DNA from: Chiloscyllium plagiosum
Lineage: Eukaryota
Assembly: GCF_004010195.1 (NCBI RefSeq)
Contig: NC_057719.1
Coordinates: forward strand, 69,750,401 to 69,814,400
Reading direction: 5' to 3'
Length of the DNA stretch: 64,000 bases
Part shown: in pieces, positions 52,441 to 64,000 of the stretch
Position numbering within the stretch: position 1 is the first letter of the stretch
How the letters are laid out: each line of letters begins with the position of its first letter
Program-made: the position numbers and the translations under genes
Notes under the pieces: model-generated
What the model was told of the DNA's origin: nothing
Database searches by the model: none
The model's input: the letters and a program-made list of their open reading frames with translations, nothing else

Positions 52441-53013
52441 AGATGCATTGCTACCATGTCTATTTTTTTTATCTTTGTCAACTTTCAACCAGGTGAAAGA
52501 GAGTGAAAGAGAAACATTGTAGCTGTACTGCTCCTTATTGCTTGCTTCTTAACTCCCTGTGTGTTTGAAACAGATTACACATCCAGGCAGGGTTGCTGGA
52601 CAATCAACACAGAGGCCCCATAGTCTGTTCCAAAGACAGGTGTTCCCCTAGTAATGAAGGGCAATAACTCTTTTCATTCCAGAAAGTCCAATACCCTAAT
52701 TTTCTACATATGCAAATACATATATTCCCAACAAATTGCTATATAAATATTTTCTTAGCCAAATGATTGCATACTTGGTATCTTTGGTTCATCTTACTTC
52801 AACTATGAGGGAAGCGATGGCCTAATGGTACTATTGCTGGACTGTTAATCTGGGGAGCTAGGTTCAAATCCCACCATTGTGACATTTGAATTCCTTAAAT
52901 ATCTCAAATTGAGAGTTTGATGATGACCATGAATCTATTGCCCATTGTCAGGAAATCCTATCTGTTTCACTAATGTCCTTTAGAGAAAGAAACTGCCATC
53001 CTTACCTGGTCTG

Positions 53014-53771
53014 AGGCAAAATAAAAACTGCAGATGCTGGAATCCAAAACAGTCAAGCAGGGAGACTAGAAGAACCCAGCAGGGCAGGAGGTGGAGAAGC
53101 TGACATTTCAGGTGTAACTTTTCTTCAGGGTTTGATTAGATTACTTTACAGTGTGGAAACAGGTCCTTCGGCCCAACAAGTCCACACCGACCCGCCGAAG
53201 CGTAACCCACCCATACCCCTACATTTACCCCTTACCTAACACTACGGGCAATTTAGCATGGCCAATTCACCTGACCTGCACATCTTTGGACTGTGGGAGG
53301 AAACCGGAGCACCCGGAGGAAACCCATGCAGACACGGGGAGAACGTGCAAACTCCACACAGTCAGTCGCCTGAGGCGGGAATTGAACCCGGGTCTCTGGC
53401 GCTGCGAGGCAGCAGTGCTAACCACTGTGCCACCGTGCCGCCCATAAGGAGGTGGGTGTGGGGTGAGTTGTAGATAAAGTGGTTGGCGGGTCCAGAGAGT
53501 GGTAAAGTGGGGATAGGTGGAGACAGGTAGAGGGTACAACCTGGTTGGTCAATGGGAGGAATGAATCCATTTGGTGGCAGGGTGCAGTGGAGAGGAGGAG
53601 CAGGTTGTTTGAAATTGGAGATCGCCCAGGCAGAAGATTAGGCATTGTTCCTCCAACTTGCACTGTGGTTCATGTTGGCAATGGAAGAGGCCAAGGATGG
53701 TCATTTCAGAAAGGGAGTGGTCGGGGGAATTGAAATGAGTGGTGATTGGGAAGTCCGGTCAACCCCTGCGG
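53014..53771 (-). mobile_element. PLE 3' fragment with degenerate hammerhead (53101-53128, minus)
   Basis: 16-bp TSD ATCCTTACCTGGTCTG (52998-53013, 53772-53787). Confidence 0.75.
53131..53443 (-). mobile_element. Full-length young HE1-type V-SINE
   Basis: Minus strand GGGCGGCACGGTGGCACAGTGGTTAGC (A box), GGTTCAATTCC (B box), V-domain GGGTTTCCTCCGGGTGCTCCGGTTTCCTCCCACA, (TAATC)n tail. Confidence 0.93.
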
Positions 53772-54231
53772 ATCCTTACCTGGTCTGGCCTACATGTGAC
53801 TCCACAGCAACGTGGTTGGTTCTTACCAATTAGTGATGGGCAATAAAATGCTGGCCTGGCCTGGAATGCCCTAATATTATGAATGAATTAAAAATAAAGT
53901 ATCTACACTTTACAGGTTTTCCTCATCAGTAGAACACCAAATAGTACTCAGTGAGCCAGAGCATTAATATTGTATGGCATTATGATGAGGTTGTTTTTAA
54001 AGTTTCAGTCAGCATACGATATCCAGTGCTCTACGGTAAAGTTTAACAAAGACAACACATAAGAGAGGAATCCTGAGGCACATTGTTTTCATTCTTCCAT
54101 CGTTGGTTTGTCTTTAAATGTTTCAGAATTGGCGCAGTTACCCTGAAATTCTTGAGCATCCTGTAGGATCTTCTTAAATCTGTGTGAGGCAGAGTTTGGT
54201 GCAGCTTCTCTCAGCAAGACACTGAGTTAGG

Positions 54232-54872
54232 GGGGAGTGGGAGTGGAAGTGGGAGTGGGAGTGGCCTTTATTGTCACATGCACGCAGATGAGTGCAGTGA
54301 AAAGTTTGTAATTTTACCATTTTGGCACCATTTTTAGGTACCGAGATACTTAGGTACAGGTACTTTGTTACAGAATTGTAAAAGCATAAAATAAAAGTCT
54401 AGCATACGAATACAAAGTTTTAAAACGTATTCTGATTACTCAAAGGCCAGAAGAAGAATAAAAGTATCTTTGAAAAGTACTCAAATTATAGTCTTTTCAC
54501 GGAGTCTGTGCCCACCAGGCTTCAGGACTAGAGGCCTTGCTGCCTCCACGTGCCCATGACTCTCCTGAGGGACTCATATCCCCATGCTATACTGGACTCT
54601 AACTACTTCCTGTGCTGGGTTCCAGCCAATGACTCACCTTCTGGACTCATCTCCCAGTCTAGCCCGGACTCGGACACACCTCTTCCGTTCTTCATTCTGC
54701 CCAGGTAAGTTTGAGAAGTTAAAAATTGGTGGGGGTTGGGAGTTGGTGGAAGTGATGGAGAAGGGGAAGAAGAACTTCAGAAAAAGGGAAGGAAACAAAA
54801 GAAAGATAAAGGAAAAAGAACTGGTGGTGATGAAGCAGAGGAGCTCCATCTAGATGCTGCCATCTTGGATAC
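54232..54872 (-). mobile_element. Short non-autonomous non-LTR element with (ACTCCC)n tail
   Basis: 5' ATCCAAGATGGCAGC on minus, 3' AATAAAG followed by a hexamer repeat at 54233-54263. Confidence 0.5.
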
Positions 54873-55558
54873 CTGAGATGAGACTTTCCCATTCTACAAA
54901 TCAGAGCTCTCGACAGCAGTGTGCTCCCTTGAAAGCCTGACAGATTGATTGAACCTTGTTTCCAGAGATGTGTATGGCATCGTCACTGATTTTATACAGC
55001 AATACACAAGGTACGTATAGGTGTGAACAATGTGAGCAAGGCACGTCTCAGCACAATCCCCACATTACTTTTAGCCTCAAATGGTCTCCACATTAAAATG
55101 CAATGTCTTGGCTGCTCAACAATGTTATGGTTCAAGGAGCCATGATGTATGAGGCTAACTGCAGTGAAGGAGTCGTTTGCTTGAGAATTAAGCAACTTTT
55201 GGCTATTACAACTTCATTCATCTTTGTGATGGCTCAGAGGTTCCTTATCTCAAATTTTGACACTTCACCAGGTCAGACAGTGACAGCAACATAATAGCAA
55301 ATGTTACCATAGTTCAACTGCATATCTGTATGTATTTACATTGTGCAAGGATGTCTGGCATCTGTACCACAAATATATCCTCTGGAGATCAGCTCTTTTG
55401 CCCATTCACGCACCAAGGCTGTAATGAGGTCAGAAGCTTAGACACCCTAGCAGAACCCAACATGAGCATCAGTGAGCAGACTCAAGTAATAGCACTTTTG
55501 GTTACACCTTTCAACACTTTGTAATAAACAAGAGCAGACTGATAAGGCAGTAATTAGA

Positions 55559-57308
55559 GTAGAGTGGTGCTGGAAAAGCACAGCAGGTCAGGCAGCATCA
55601 GAGGAGCGCAGGGGAAAAAAAAAGAAAAAAAATCCTTGACATTTCGGTCAAAAGCCCTTCATCAGGAAGGAGGCTGGGAGCCTCAGGGGTGGGACTGCAG
55701 GAAGATAGCTGAGAGTGCAATAGGTGGACGGAGGTGGGAGTGAAGATGATAGGTCGGAGAGGAGGGTTGAGCAGATAAGTGGGAAGGAAGATTGACAGGT
55801 GGGGCGGATCATGAGGTCAGTGCTGAGCTGGAAGTTTAGAACTGTGGTAAGGTGAGGGGAGGGTAAAATGAGGAAACTGGTGAAGTCCATAATGATGCCC
55901 TGGGGTTGAAGGATCCTGAGGTAGAAGAGGTGGTGTTCTACCTCCAGACATTGGGTGGTGAGGGAGTGGTGGCGGAGGAGGTCCAGGACCTGCATGTCCT
56001 TGGTAGAGTGGGAGGGGGAGTTGAAATGTTGGGCCACGGGGCGGTGGGATTGATTGATGCAGGTGTCCCGGAGATGTTCCCTAAAGCGCTCTGTGAGTAG
56101 GCAGTCTCCCCATTGTAGAGACCACGTTGAGAGCGATGGATACAGTAAACGACATGTGTGGAAGTGCAAGTGAAACTTTGATGGATGTGGAAGGCTTCCT
56201 TGTTGCAGTTGGAGGGGTGGGGTTCAAGGGCAGAGGTGCAGGATGTGGATGAGATGAGCTGGAGGGCATCAACCACCACGTGGATGGGGAAATTGCGGTC
56301 TTTAAAGAAGGAGGTCATTTGGTGTGCTTTGTGGTGGAACTAGTCCTCCTGGGAGCAGACGCTGCGGAGGCGGAGGAATTGGGAATACGGGATAGCATTT
56401 TTCAGGAGGTAGAGTGGGAGGAGGCGTAATCCAGGTAGCTGTGGGTGTCAGCGGATTTGTAAAAACTGTCAGTGTTGAGTCAGTCACCATTGGAGATGGA
56501 GAGGTCCAGGAAGGGGAGAGAGGTGTCAGAGATGGTCCAGGTGCACTTAAGGGTAGGATAGAATGTGTTGGTGTAGTTGATGAACTGTTCAACTTCCTCA
56601 TGGGAGCATGAGGTGGGGAATGGTGCTGGTGTAACTCCAGGAGACAGACCATTCCACGTAGCTGACAAAGAGGTAAGCATAGCTGGGGCCCATGGCAGCC
56701 CCTTTTGTCTGGAGGAAGTTGTTGAAGGTGAGGTCCAGTTCAGCTAAACGAATAAGAGTGTCAGTGGAAGGGTACTGGGGGGGAACGTCGAGAGAGGAAG
56801 AGATGGAGGGCTTGGAAGCCCTGGTCATGGTGGATGGAGGTGTAGAGGGACTGGATGTCCATGATGAAGATGAGACATTGGGGGCAGAGGAAATGGAAGT
56901 CTTGAAGGAGTTGGAGGGCATGAATGGTATCTTGAACATATGTGGGGAGTTACTGGACCAGGGGATGGGACAGTGTCAAGGTAGGTGGAGATGAATTTGG
57001 TGGGGCAGGAGCAGGCTGAGACAATAGGTCGGTTGGGGTAATCAGGCTGGTGAATCTTGGGTCGGAGAATGCCTCATCTTCTGCCTCGGAACCTTTCAAC
57101 CCCAGGGCATCAATGTGGACTTTATCAGTTTCCTCATTTTCCCCTTCCCCCACCTTACCCCAGTTCCAACCTTCCAGCTNGATGAAGGGCTAATGCCCAA
57201 AACATTGATTTTCCTGCTCCTTGGATGCTGCTTGACTTGCTGTGCTTTTCCAACACCACTCTAATCTTGTCTATGATCTCCAGCATCTGCAGTACTCATT
57301 TTTTGTCT
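55559..57308 (-). mobile_element. Penelope-like element (RT plus GIY-YIG remnant) with inverted terminal repeat
   Basis: QTKGAAMGPSYA, LPFLD, HVVYCIHRSQRGLYNGET (GIY-YIG), RFREHLR. TSD AGTAATTAGA (55549-55558, 57309-57318). Hammerhead motifs at 55638-55665 (-) and 57181-57206 (+, degenerate). Confidence 0.9.
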
Positions 57309-57318
57309 AGTAATTAGA

Positions 57319-59645
57319 TTAGGTTGGATTTGTCCTGCTTTTTATGTACCATTCATTGACAATTTTTCACATGGTTGGGTCAATGCCAATGTTGTAGCTG
57401 TGCTAGAACAGCTTAGCTTGAGGCATTTCTGAAGAAATAGTCTTCAGTTCTTTAACTGGAACATTGTCAGGGCCATTAGCCTTCACAATAGCCATTGATT
57501 TCAACAATTTCTGGATACCTCATGGAGTATCAAATTGGTTGAAGACTGACATTGTGATTAGAGAGAAGCGGAGATTAATCTTCCACAACACTGGCTAAAG
57601 TAATACTTCAATGCCTTATCTTTTGCACTGATGTGCTGGCCTCCCCCATTGTTGAGTATAGGGATATTAGTGAAGTTTTCACTTCCTGTTAATTGTCAAA
57701 ATGTCCATCACAATTTACAACTTAAAGCAGCAGGGCAGAAGGCTCACATCTGATTTGTTTGTTATGGAATGCGACACCATGTTTATTGCAAGCTAATTCC
57801 ACCATCTGTTTTCCTTTATTCATTTTGTGGGATGTGGGTTTCACTTGCTGACCAACATTTATTGCTGGTCTCTAGTTCCCTTTGAGATGGTGGTGGTGAG
57901 CTGCCTTCTTGAACTGCTGCAGTCCACCTGCTGTGGGATGACCCACAATGCCATTATGGAGGGAATTCTAGGATTTTGATCCAGCGACAGTGAAGAAACA
58001 GCAATATATTTCCAAGTCAGGATGGTGGGTGGTTTGAAGAGGAACTTGATGTGATGTTCCCATATATCTGCCGGCCTTATCCTTCTAGATGGAAGTGGCC
58101 GTGGATTTCGTGTGCAACTAGTTCTACGTTGTCGCTGCTTTTCTTTTTTTTTTTAAATGCTTGCTCCTGTGTGCGTTTCTGCAATCAGCTTTGAACCAGG
58201 GTAGACTCCTTGGTTTGGTGGTACTGGTAGAGTGTGATATATGCAAAGCAGGAGGGTTGAACACAATGCTTTTTCTGCTAATGGCCCATAGTGCCTCATT
58301 AGGTGCGCAGCCTTATGTTTCTTTTCAAATTCTGGTCTCTTTTAACATGATGTTAGTATCACAGAACATGAGGGATATTGGAGTTGGTTAGCTCAATTGG
58401 CTGGTTTGCAATGCAGAGTGACACCAACAGAATGGGTTCAATTCCTTTACCAGCTAAGGTTACCATGAAGATCCCATTTTCAGAAACTTGCCCTTTGCTG
58501 AGACGTGACGACCCTCAGGTTACACCAATACCAGTTCTATTTCTCTAATAAGACAGTAGCCTAAAATCCATTGGACTATGGAAACTTTACCTTTACAACA
58601 TGACAGAGGTTATCCTCAATGTGATGATTGTATTTGGTCTCACAATAACTGTATCACATTTACTGTTACTGATAATGTCATAAATGGATACATATATTGG
58701 TGACTACAAGGGTAACTAGACATTTTCATCTTATTTGGTTGCCTTACCACCTACCACAGACCCAGCCTAACAGCTGGCTTTAGGACTTGCCAGCTGAGAC
58801 AGTAGTAGTCCAACTGAGCCACTCCTGGTCATGGACATTGAAGTCTCATACCCAGAGTATATTCTGTGCCTCCCTCAGTGCTCGCTCCGTTGGTGTTCGA
58901 CATGAAGGAACTCTGATTCATCTGCCGTACGGGAAGAGCAGTAGATGGTATTCGGTAAGAGGTTTCTTCGTCCATGTTTGGAGATTTTGATTGATTCTTA
59001 TCCCTTGAAATCTCAGACAATGTTGGAGGCCTTCTAGGCAACTCTGCCTTGATTTCATACCACCTTGTCAGCATACCTGTGGTCTAATGCATAACTAGAG
59101 AGGGTGGTGTTTGGGGTATTAACTGTAAGGTATGATTCAGAGAGTATGGCTATGATATGCTATTGGCTGACTGTTGGATATCTGGACCATTTTTAGCACA
59201 AACTTTAAGATGTTGATCCAGGGCACCTTGCAGAGACAATAGGTCTTTCTTTGTTGTTGTTGCTCATGTTGATGTTGATGCTGGGTGGCTGGTCTGGTTC
59301 CTTCCTTTTGCTTACACTTTGATACAACAGAGTGAGCATGCCAGGGTTATTTCAGAGGGCAGTTAAAAATCAAACACATTATGGTAGGTCTAGAGTCATA
59401 TGTAGGCTAGGCTAGGTAAGCGTGGCAGATTTTCTTCCCACTAGGACATTAGTGAATCATCAATTTTCATGACAAATCAGGAATGGCTACGTGGTTCCAT
59501 TAGGCACATGTTTTAATTCTATATTTATTGAATTCAAATTTCACCATTTGCAATGGTGGGATTTTAACCCATGTCCCTATAAAATTAGATTGGGGATTTG
59601 AATTAACAGTCCAGTGACACTGCCATTACACCACCATCTTTGCCA
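57319..59645 (-). mobile_element. Old CR1/L2-group LINE with tRNA-like 5' head (continues at about 54990-55548)
   Basis: Sequence is continuous across the PLE TSD. Head 59330-59640 matches 52808-53010. Confidence 0.55.
58381..58597 (+). mobile_element. tRNA-derived SINE (same family as 10307-10516)
   Basis: ggttagctcaattgg...gggttcaattcc. Confidence 0.7.
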
Positions 59646-60049
59646 AATGACAAGTAGCTAAAGCTTTAAAATTGAAACACCAATCACAGTTTTATGAGTT
59701 TAAGCCTCCTTAACTGTCCACATTTATAATTAGAAACATCCTAAACAAAACGAAGAGTTGGTATCTTCCCTACACAATCAACTCAAATCTGTGACTCTGC
59801 TGAACAAAAGAATAAATTGTATGGTAGGTGCATAAGCTGCTATACAATTGGTTAAGAGTTTGCTGCAGAAACTCTTCTTACAAAATGCAATTTGATAAAT
59901 CAAATTCAGAAGCATTGCATGGGTCAGTTTTTCACAGTTCTATTTAAACTTTAGTCAGAAATTTATTTCTATCCTTCCACCAAATTGATGCAATAGTTTC
60001 TCTCAGTTTATTGCTGGTGTTCAATTGCAAAAAAGAGAGTGTACTGTAC

Positions 60050-63000
60050 CATCTGACATAGGTAGAAAGAGGGATAGGGATGTAAGGCAGGACTTCAGGG
60101 AGTTAGGATGGAAGTTGAGAGCAAGAACAAACAGAGCGGTTATCTCTGGTTTGTTACCCGTGCCACGTGATAGCGAGGCGAGGAACAGGGAGAGACATCA
60201 GCTGAACACGTGGCTGCAGGGATGGTACAGGGGGGAAGGTTTCAGATATATGAATATTTGTGGCTCATTCTGGGGAAGGTGGGACCTCTACAAACAGAAT
60301 GGTCTTCACTTGAACCAGAGGGGTACTAATATCCTGGGTGGGGAATTTGCTAGTGCTATTTGGGTGTGTTTAAACTAGCTCAGCAGGGGGGGATGGGAAC
60401 CTGATGTGTAGTTTCAGTGCATAGGAGGATGAGAGTAGGGAGGACATGGACCGGATTTCACAGTCACAGGAGTATGCTGGCAGACAGCAAGCTGGTTTGA
60501 AATTTGTGTACTTCAATGCCTGGAAGAAGGTAGGAGAATTTGCAGCATGGATAGGTACCTGGGACTTCGATGTTGTGGCCATTTCGGAGACATGGATAGA
60601 GGACAGTGAGGAATGGGTGATGCAGGTTCCAGGATTTTATTAAGATCAGGGAAGGCGGTAAAAGAGATGTCTCCTTGTTAGTCAAGGACAGTACAACAAT
60701 GGCTGCAAGAACCTTTGACGAGGACTCGTCCACTGAGGTGGTATGGGCTGAGGTTAGAAACAGGAGAGGAGAGGTAACATTGCTGGGAGGTTTTTTATAT
60801 ATATATAGGCCTCCACAAAGTTCCAGGGATGTGGAAGAGAGGATTGGCAAATCAATTCACTCCTGCCCAGAAAGGAACAGGGTATTCGTTATGGGGAACT
60901 TTAACTACCCCAACATTGACAGGAAATGTTATAACTCTGGTATGTCGGATGGATCAGTTTATGTCCAATGTGTACAGGAGGGTTTCCTGACACAATATGT
61001 CGAAGGGTAGACAAGAGGGAAGGCCACACTGGATCTGGTGCTTGGTAGTGAACCAGACCAGGTGTTTGAATTAGTGGTAGGTGAGCACTTTGGAGAAAGT
61101 GACCATAATTCGGTTACGTTTAGTTAAGCGATGGAAAGGAATAGGTACATGCCACAGGGCAAGAGTTATCGATGGGGGAAGACAATATGTCGAGGGGTAG
61201 ACAAGAGGGAAGGCCACACTGGATCTGGTGCTTGGTAGTGAACCAGACCAGGTGTTTGAATTAGTGGTAGGTGAGCACTTTGGAGAAAGTGACCATAATT
61301 CGGTTACGTTTAGTTAAGCGATGGAAAGGAATAGGTACATGCCACAGGGCAAGAGTTATCGATGGGGGAAGGGCAATTATAATGCAATTGGGCAAAACAG
61401 GATGCATAGAATGGAGTAGCAAAATGCAGGGAATGCAGACAATTGAAATGTGGAGCTGGTTGAAGGAACAGATATTGCATGGCTTTGATAGGTATGTCCC
61501 GGTCAGACAGGAAGGAAGTGATAAGGTAAGGGAACCAAAGAAATTGGTTTACTAAAGAAATTGTATCTCTTGTTAAGTGGAAGAGGGAAGCTTGTGTGAC
61601 ATTGAGGCGAGATGGTTCAGATGAAGTGATGGAGAGTTACAGATTAGCTGGGGAGAATTTAAAAAGAGAGAGTTAAGACGACCAAGGAGGGGACATGAGC
61701 AGTCTTTAGCAGGTATAATAAAAAGGAGAACCCTAAAGCTTTCTGTAGATATTTGAGGAATAAAAGGATGACTAAGGTAGAAATAGGGCCAAAGACAGAA
61801 GTGGGAAGTTGTGTGTGGACCCTGTGGAGATTGGAGAGGTGCTAAATGAATATTTCTCATCTGTTTTCACTCAGGAAAAGGGAGAATATTGGAGAGGCGA
61901 AGACTGAGACACAGGCTATTAGACTTGAAAGGATTGAGGTTAGTAAGGATTAGGTGTTATCAATTCTAGGAGATGTGAAAGTAAATAAGTCCCAGGGGCT
62001 GGATGGGATTTTTCCGAGAATTCTCTGGGAAGCTACGGAGGAGATGGCTGAGCCTTTGGCCTTGATCTTTGAGTCTTCATTGTCTACATGTTTAAGACCA
62101 GAGGACTGGAGAATTACAAATTTGTGTCCTTGTTCAAGAAGGGCAATAGAATTGACCCAGGTAACTATAGAGCAGTGAGCCCTTAGGTCTGTTGTAGGAA
62201 AAGGATTATAAGAGATAGGATTTATAATTATCTAGCAACCAACAATTTGATTGGAAAAAGTCAACATGGTTTTGTCAAGGGCAGATGATTTCTCACAAAC
62301 CTCATTGAGTTTTTTTGAGAAGGTGACCAAGCATGTGGAGGAGGGTAGGGCAGTTGACGTGGTGTACATGGACTTCAGTAAAGTCTTTGATAAGGCTCGA
62401 GATAAGGTAGGGTACGAGAGAAAATGCAGAGGCATGGGATTGAAGGTGATTTAACAGTTTGGATTAGAAATTGGCTTTCTGAAAGAAGGCAATGAGTGGT
62501 GGTTGATGGAAAATATTCACCCTGGAGTCCGGTTACTAGTACTGTGCCACAAGGATCTGTTTTGGCATTATTGCTGTTTGCCACTTTTATAAACTACTTG
62601 GAAGCAGGCATAGGTGGATGGGTTAGTAAGTTTGCCGATGATACTAAAGTTGGTGGAATACTGGACAGTGTGGAAGAATGTTGCAGGTTGCAGAGAGACT
62701 TGGATAAACTGCAGAATTGTGCTGAAAGGTGGCAAATGGAGTTCAATGCAGATAAATGTGAGATGATTCACTTTAGGAAGAATAACAGGAAGGTGGAATA
62801 TTGGTTCAATGGAATGGCAGTGGGATCTTGATGTCCATGTACATAGATCCCTGAAAGTTGCCACCCAGGTTGATAATGTTGTCAAGAAGGCATACGGTGT
62901 GTTAGATTTTATTGGTAGAGGGATTGAGTTCCGGAGCGGTGATGTCACGCTGCAACGGTACAAAACACTAGTGCGGCATCACTTGAAGTATTGTGTGCAG

Positions 63001-63500
63001 TTCTGGTCGCCCCATTACAGGAAGGATGTGGAAGCAATGAAAAAAGGTGCAGAGGAGATTTACCAGGATGTTGCCTAGTCTGAGGCAAAGGTCTTATGAG
63101 AAAAGGCTGAGGGACTTGGGTCTGTTCTTGTTGAAGAGAAGGCGGCTAAGAGTGGATTTAATAGAGACATACAAGATGATCAGAGGATTAGATAGGTGAA
63201 AGTCTTTTTTCTAGGATGATGTCAGCTTGTATGAGGGGGCATAGCTGCAAATTGAGTGATGATAGATTTAGGACAGATGTTAGAGGCAGGTTCTTTCTTC
63301 GAGTGGTAAGGGCATGGAATGCCTGCCAATGTAGGTAACTCAGCCACATTAGAGGCATTTAAACAGTCCTTGGATAAGCATATGAGTGATGACGGGATAG
63401 TGCAGCGGGTGGGCGTAGATTAGTTCATAGGTCGGTGCAACATTGAGGGCTGAAGGGCCTGTTCTGCACTGTATTGTTCTGTGATTTATATTCTATGTCT
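60050..63500 (+). mobile_element. CR1 LINE with esterase, APE and RT remnants (same subfamily as 13098-16470)
   Basis: DIGRKRDRDVRQDF, NGLHLN, VVAISETW, VPQGSVL, SKFADDTK, ttctatg tail. Confidence 0.95.
60992..61371. repeat. 190-bp near-exact tandem duplication inside CR1
   Basis: acaatatgtcga...gatgggggaag x2, period 190. Confidence 0.95.
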
Positions 63501-64000
63501 GCAATGCAAGTGATATATCCATTCTCTTACTGATAAATTAACCAAAACATCAATTTTAACATGAGCACATTAATGTTGCTCATGAATTTGAAATTTGCGT
63601 TGTTATTATCCCGAAACAAAACTTTTCCAGGAACACTTGAGTGTATGTGAGGGGGAAAATTTTCATTTTTGAATGGCAGCTACTTGTCTTGCACAACCAA
63701 TCAGCAACCTGCCCTTTTGCGCATCTAATTTGAAGTTATTTGAAAGGAAAATAGCAGGAGTGTTTGTAGGTTGTTTTTCAAGAGGAATTTGACCCCTTCA
63801 CAAAATCTATTTGCTCCCTTCAGTTATTTTTCATTAGCTGAGTGGGGAGCACTCACACAGGGAGGTTCACAACACTAACACAGATGATGTCCAGAAATCA
63901 TCTCTCATCATTATGCTCAAGCCAGTTCAGTAAAAAGGAGAAAAATAAAATCAATCATCTTCAAATGGGGAAAAAAAAAGTCCAATGAAATTACCACTAC

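Larger units (their letters stand above)
52808..53895 (+). mobile_element. tRNA-headed SINE-like element hosting nested PLE and HE1 insertions
   Basis: A-box/B-box (ggttcaaatccc) head. Body is the reverse complement of 59330-59640. Confidence 0.6.

Noticed and set aside
53370..53443. tRNA gene
   Set aside because: tRNA-derived SINE head that continues into a V-domain and LINE-type tail.
54233..54263. Telomere-like repeat
   Set aside because: The unit is GGGAGT, not TTAGGG, and it sits as the tail of a retroelement.

Overview
Eukaryotic, AT-rich, repeat-dominated sequence, most likely from a cartilaginous fish (shark). This is inferred from the HE1/V-SINE, Deu-domain SINE, CR1 and Penelope-like (PLE) families present. 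No intact host gene is confidently recognisable, only a few speculative short exons at about 45 kb and 49-51 kb. The window is a layered fossil record of mobile DNA: many CR1/L2-group LINEs, one full-length decayed L1 with a target-site duplication (TSD), a Gypsy provirus (20490-30366), a decayed Copia gag-pol, a Harbinger transposase pseudogene, PLEs and SINEs. Two observations stand out. First, about 10 hammerhead-ribozyme-like motifs sit in PLE terminal repeats, several inside short palindromic TSD-flanked mini-elements with no ORF. Second, Tx1-type non-LTR 3' ends are stacked repeatedly at one site next to the TATA box of the Gypsy 5' LTR, with an apparent LTR segment ending just after the LTR poly(A) signal. 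N gaps lie at 23878-24016, 27072-27731 and 57180. Family names come from motif recognition by eye, not database searches, and boundaries of old elements are approximate.
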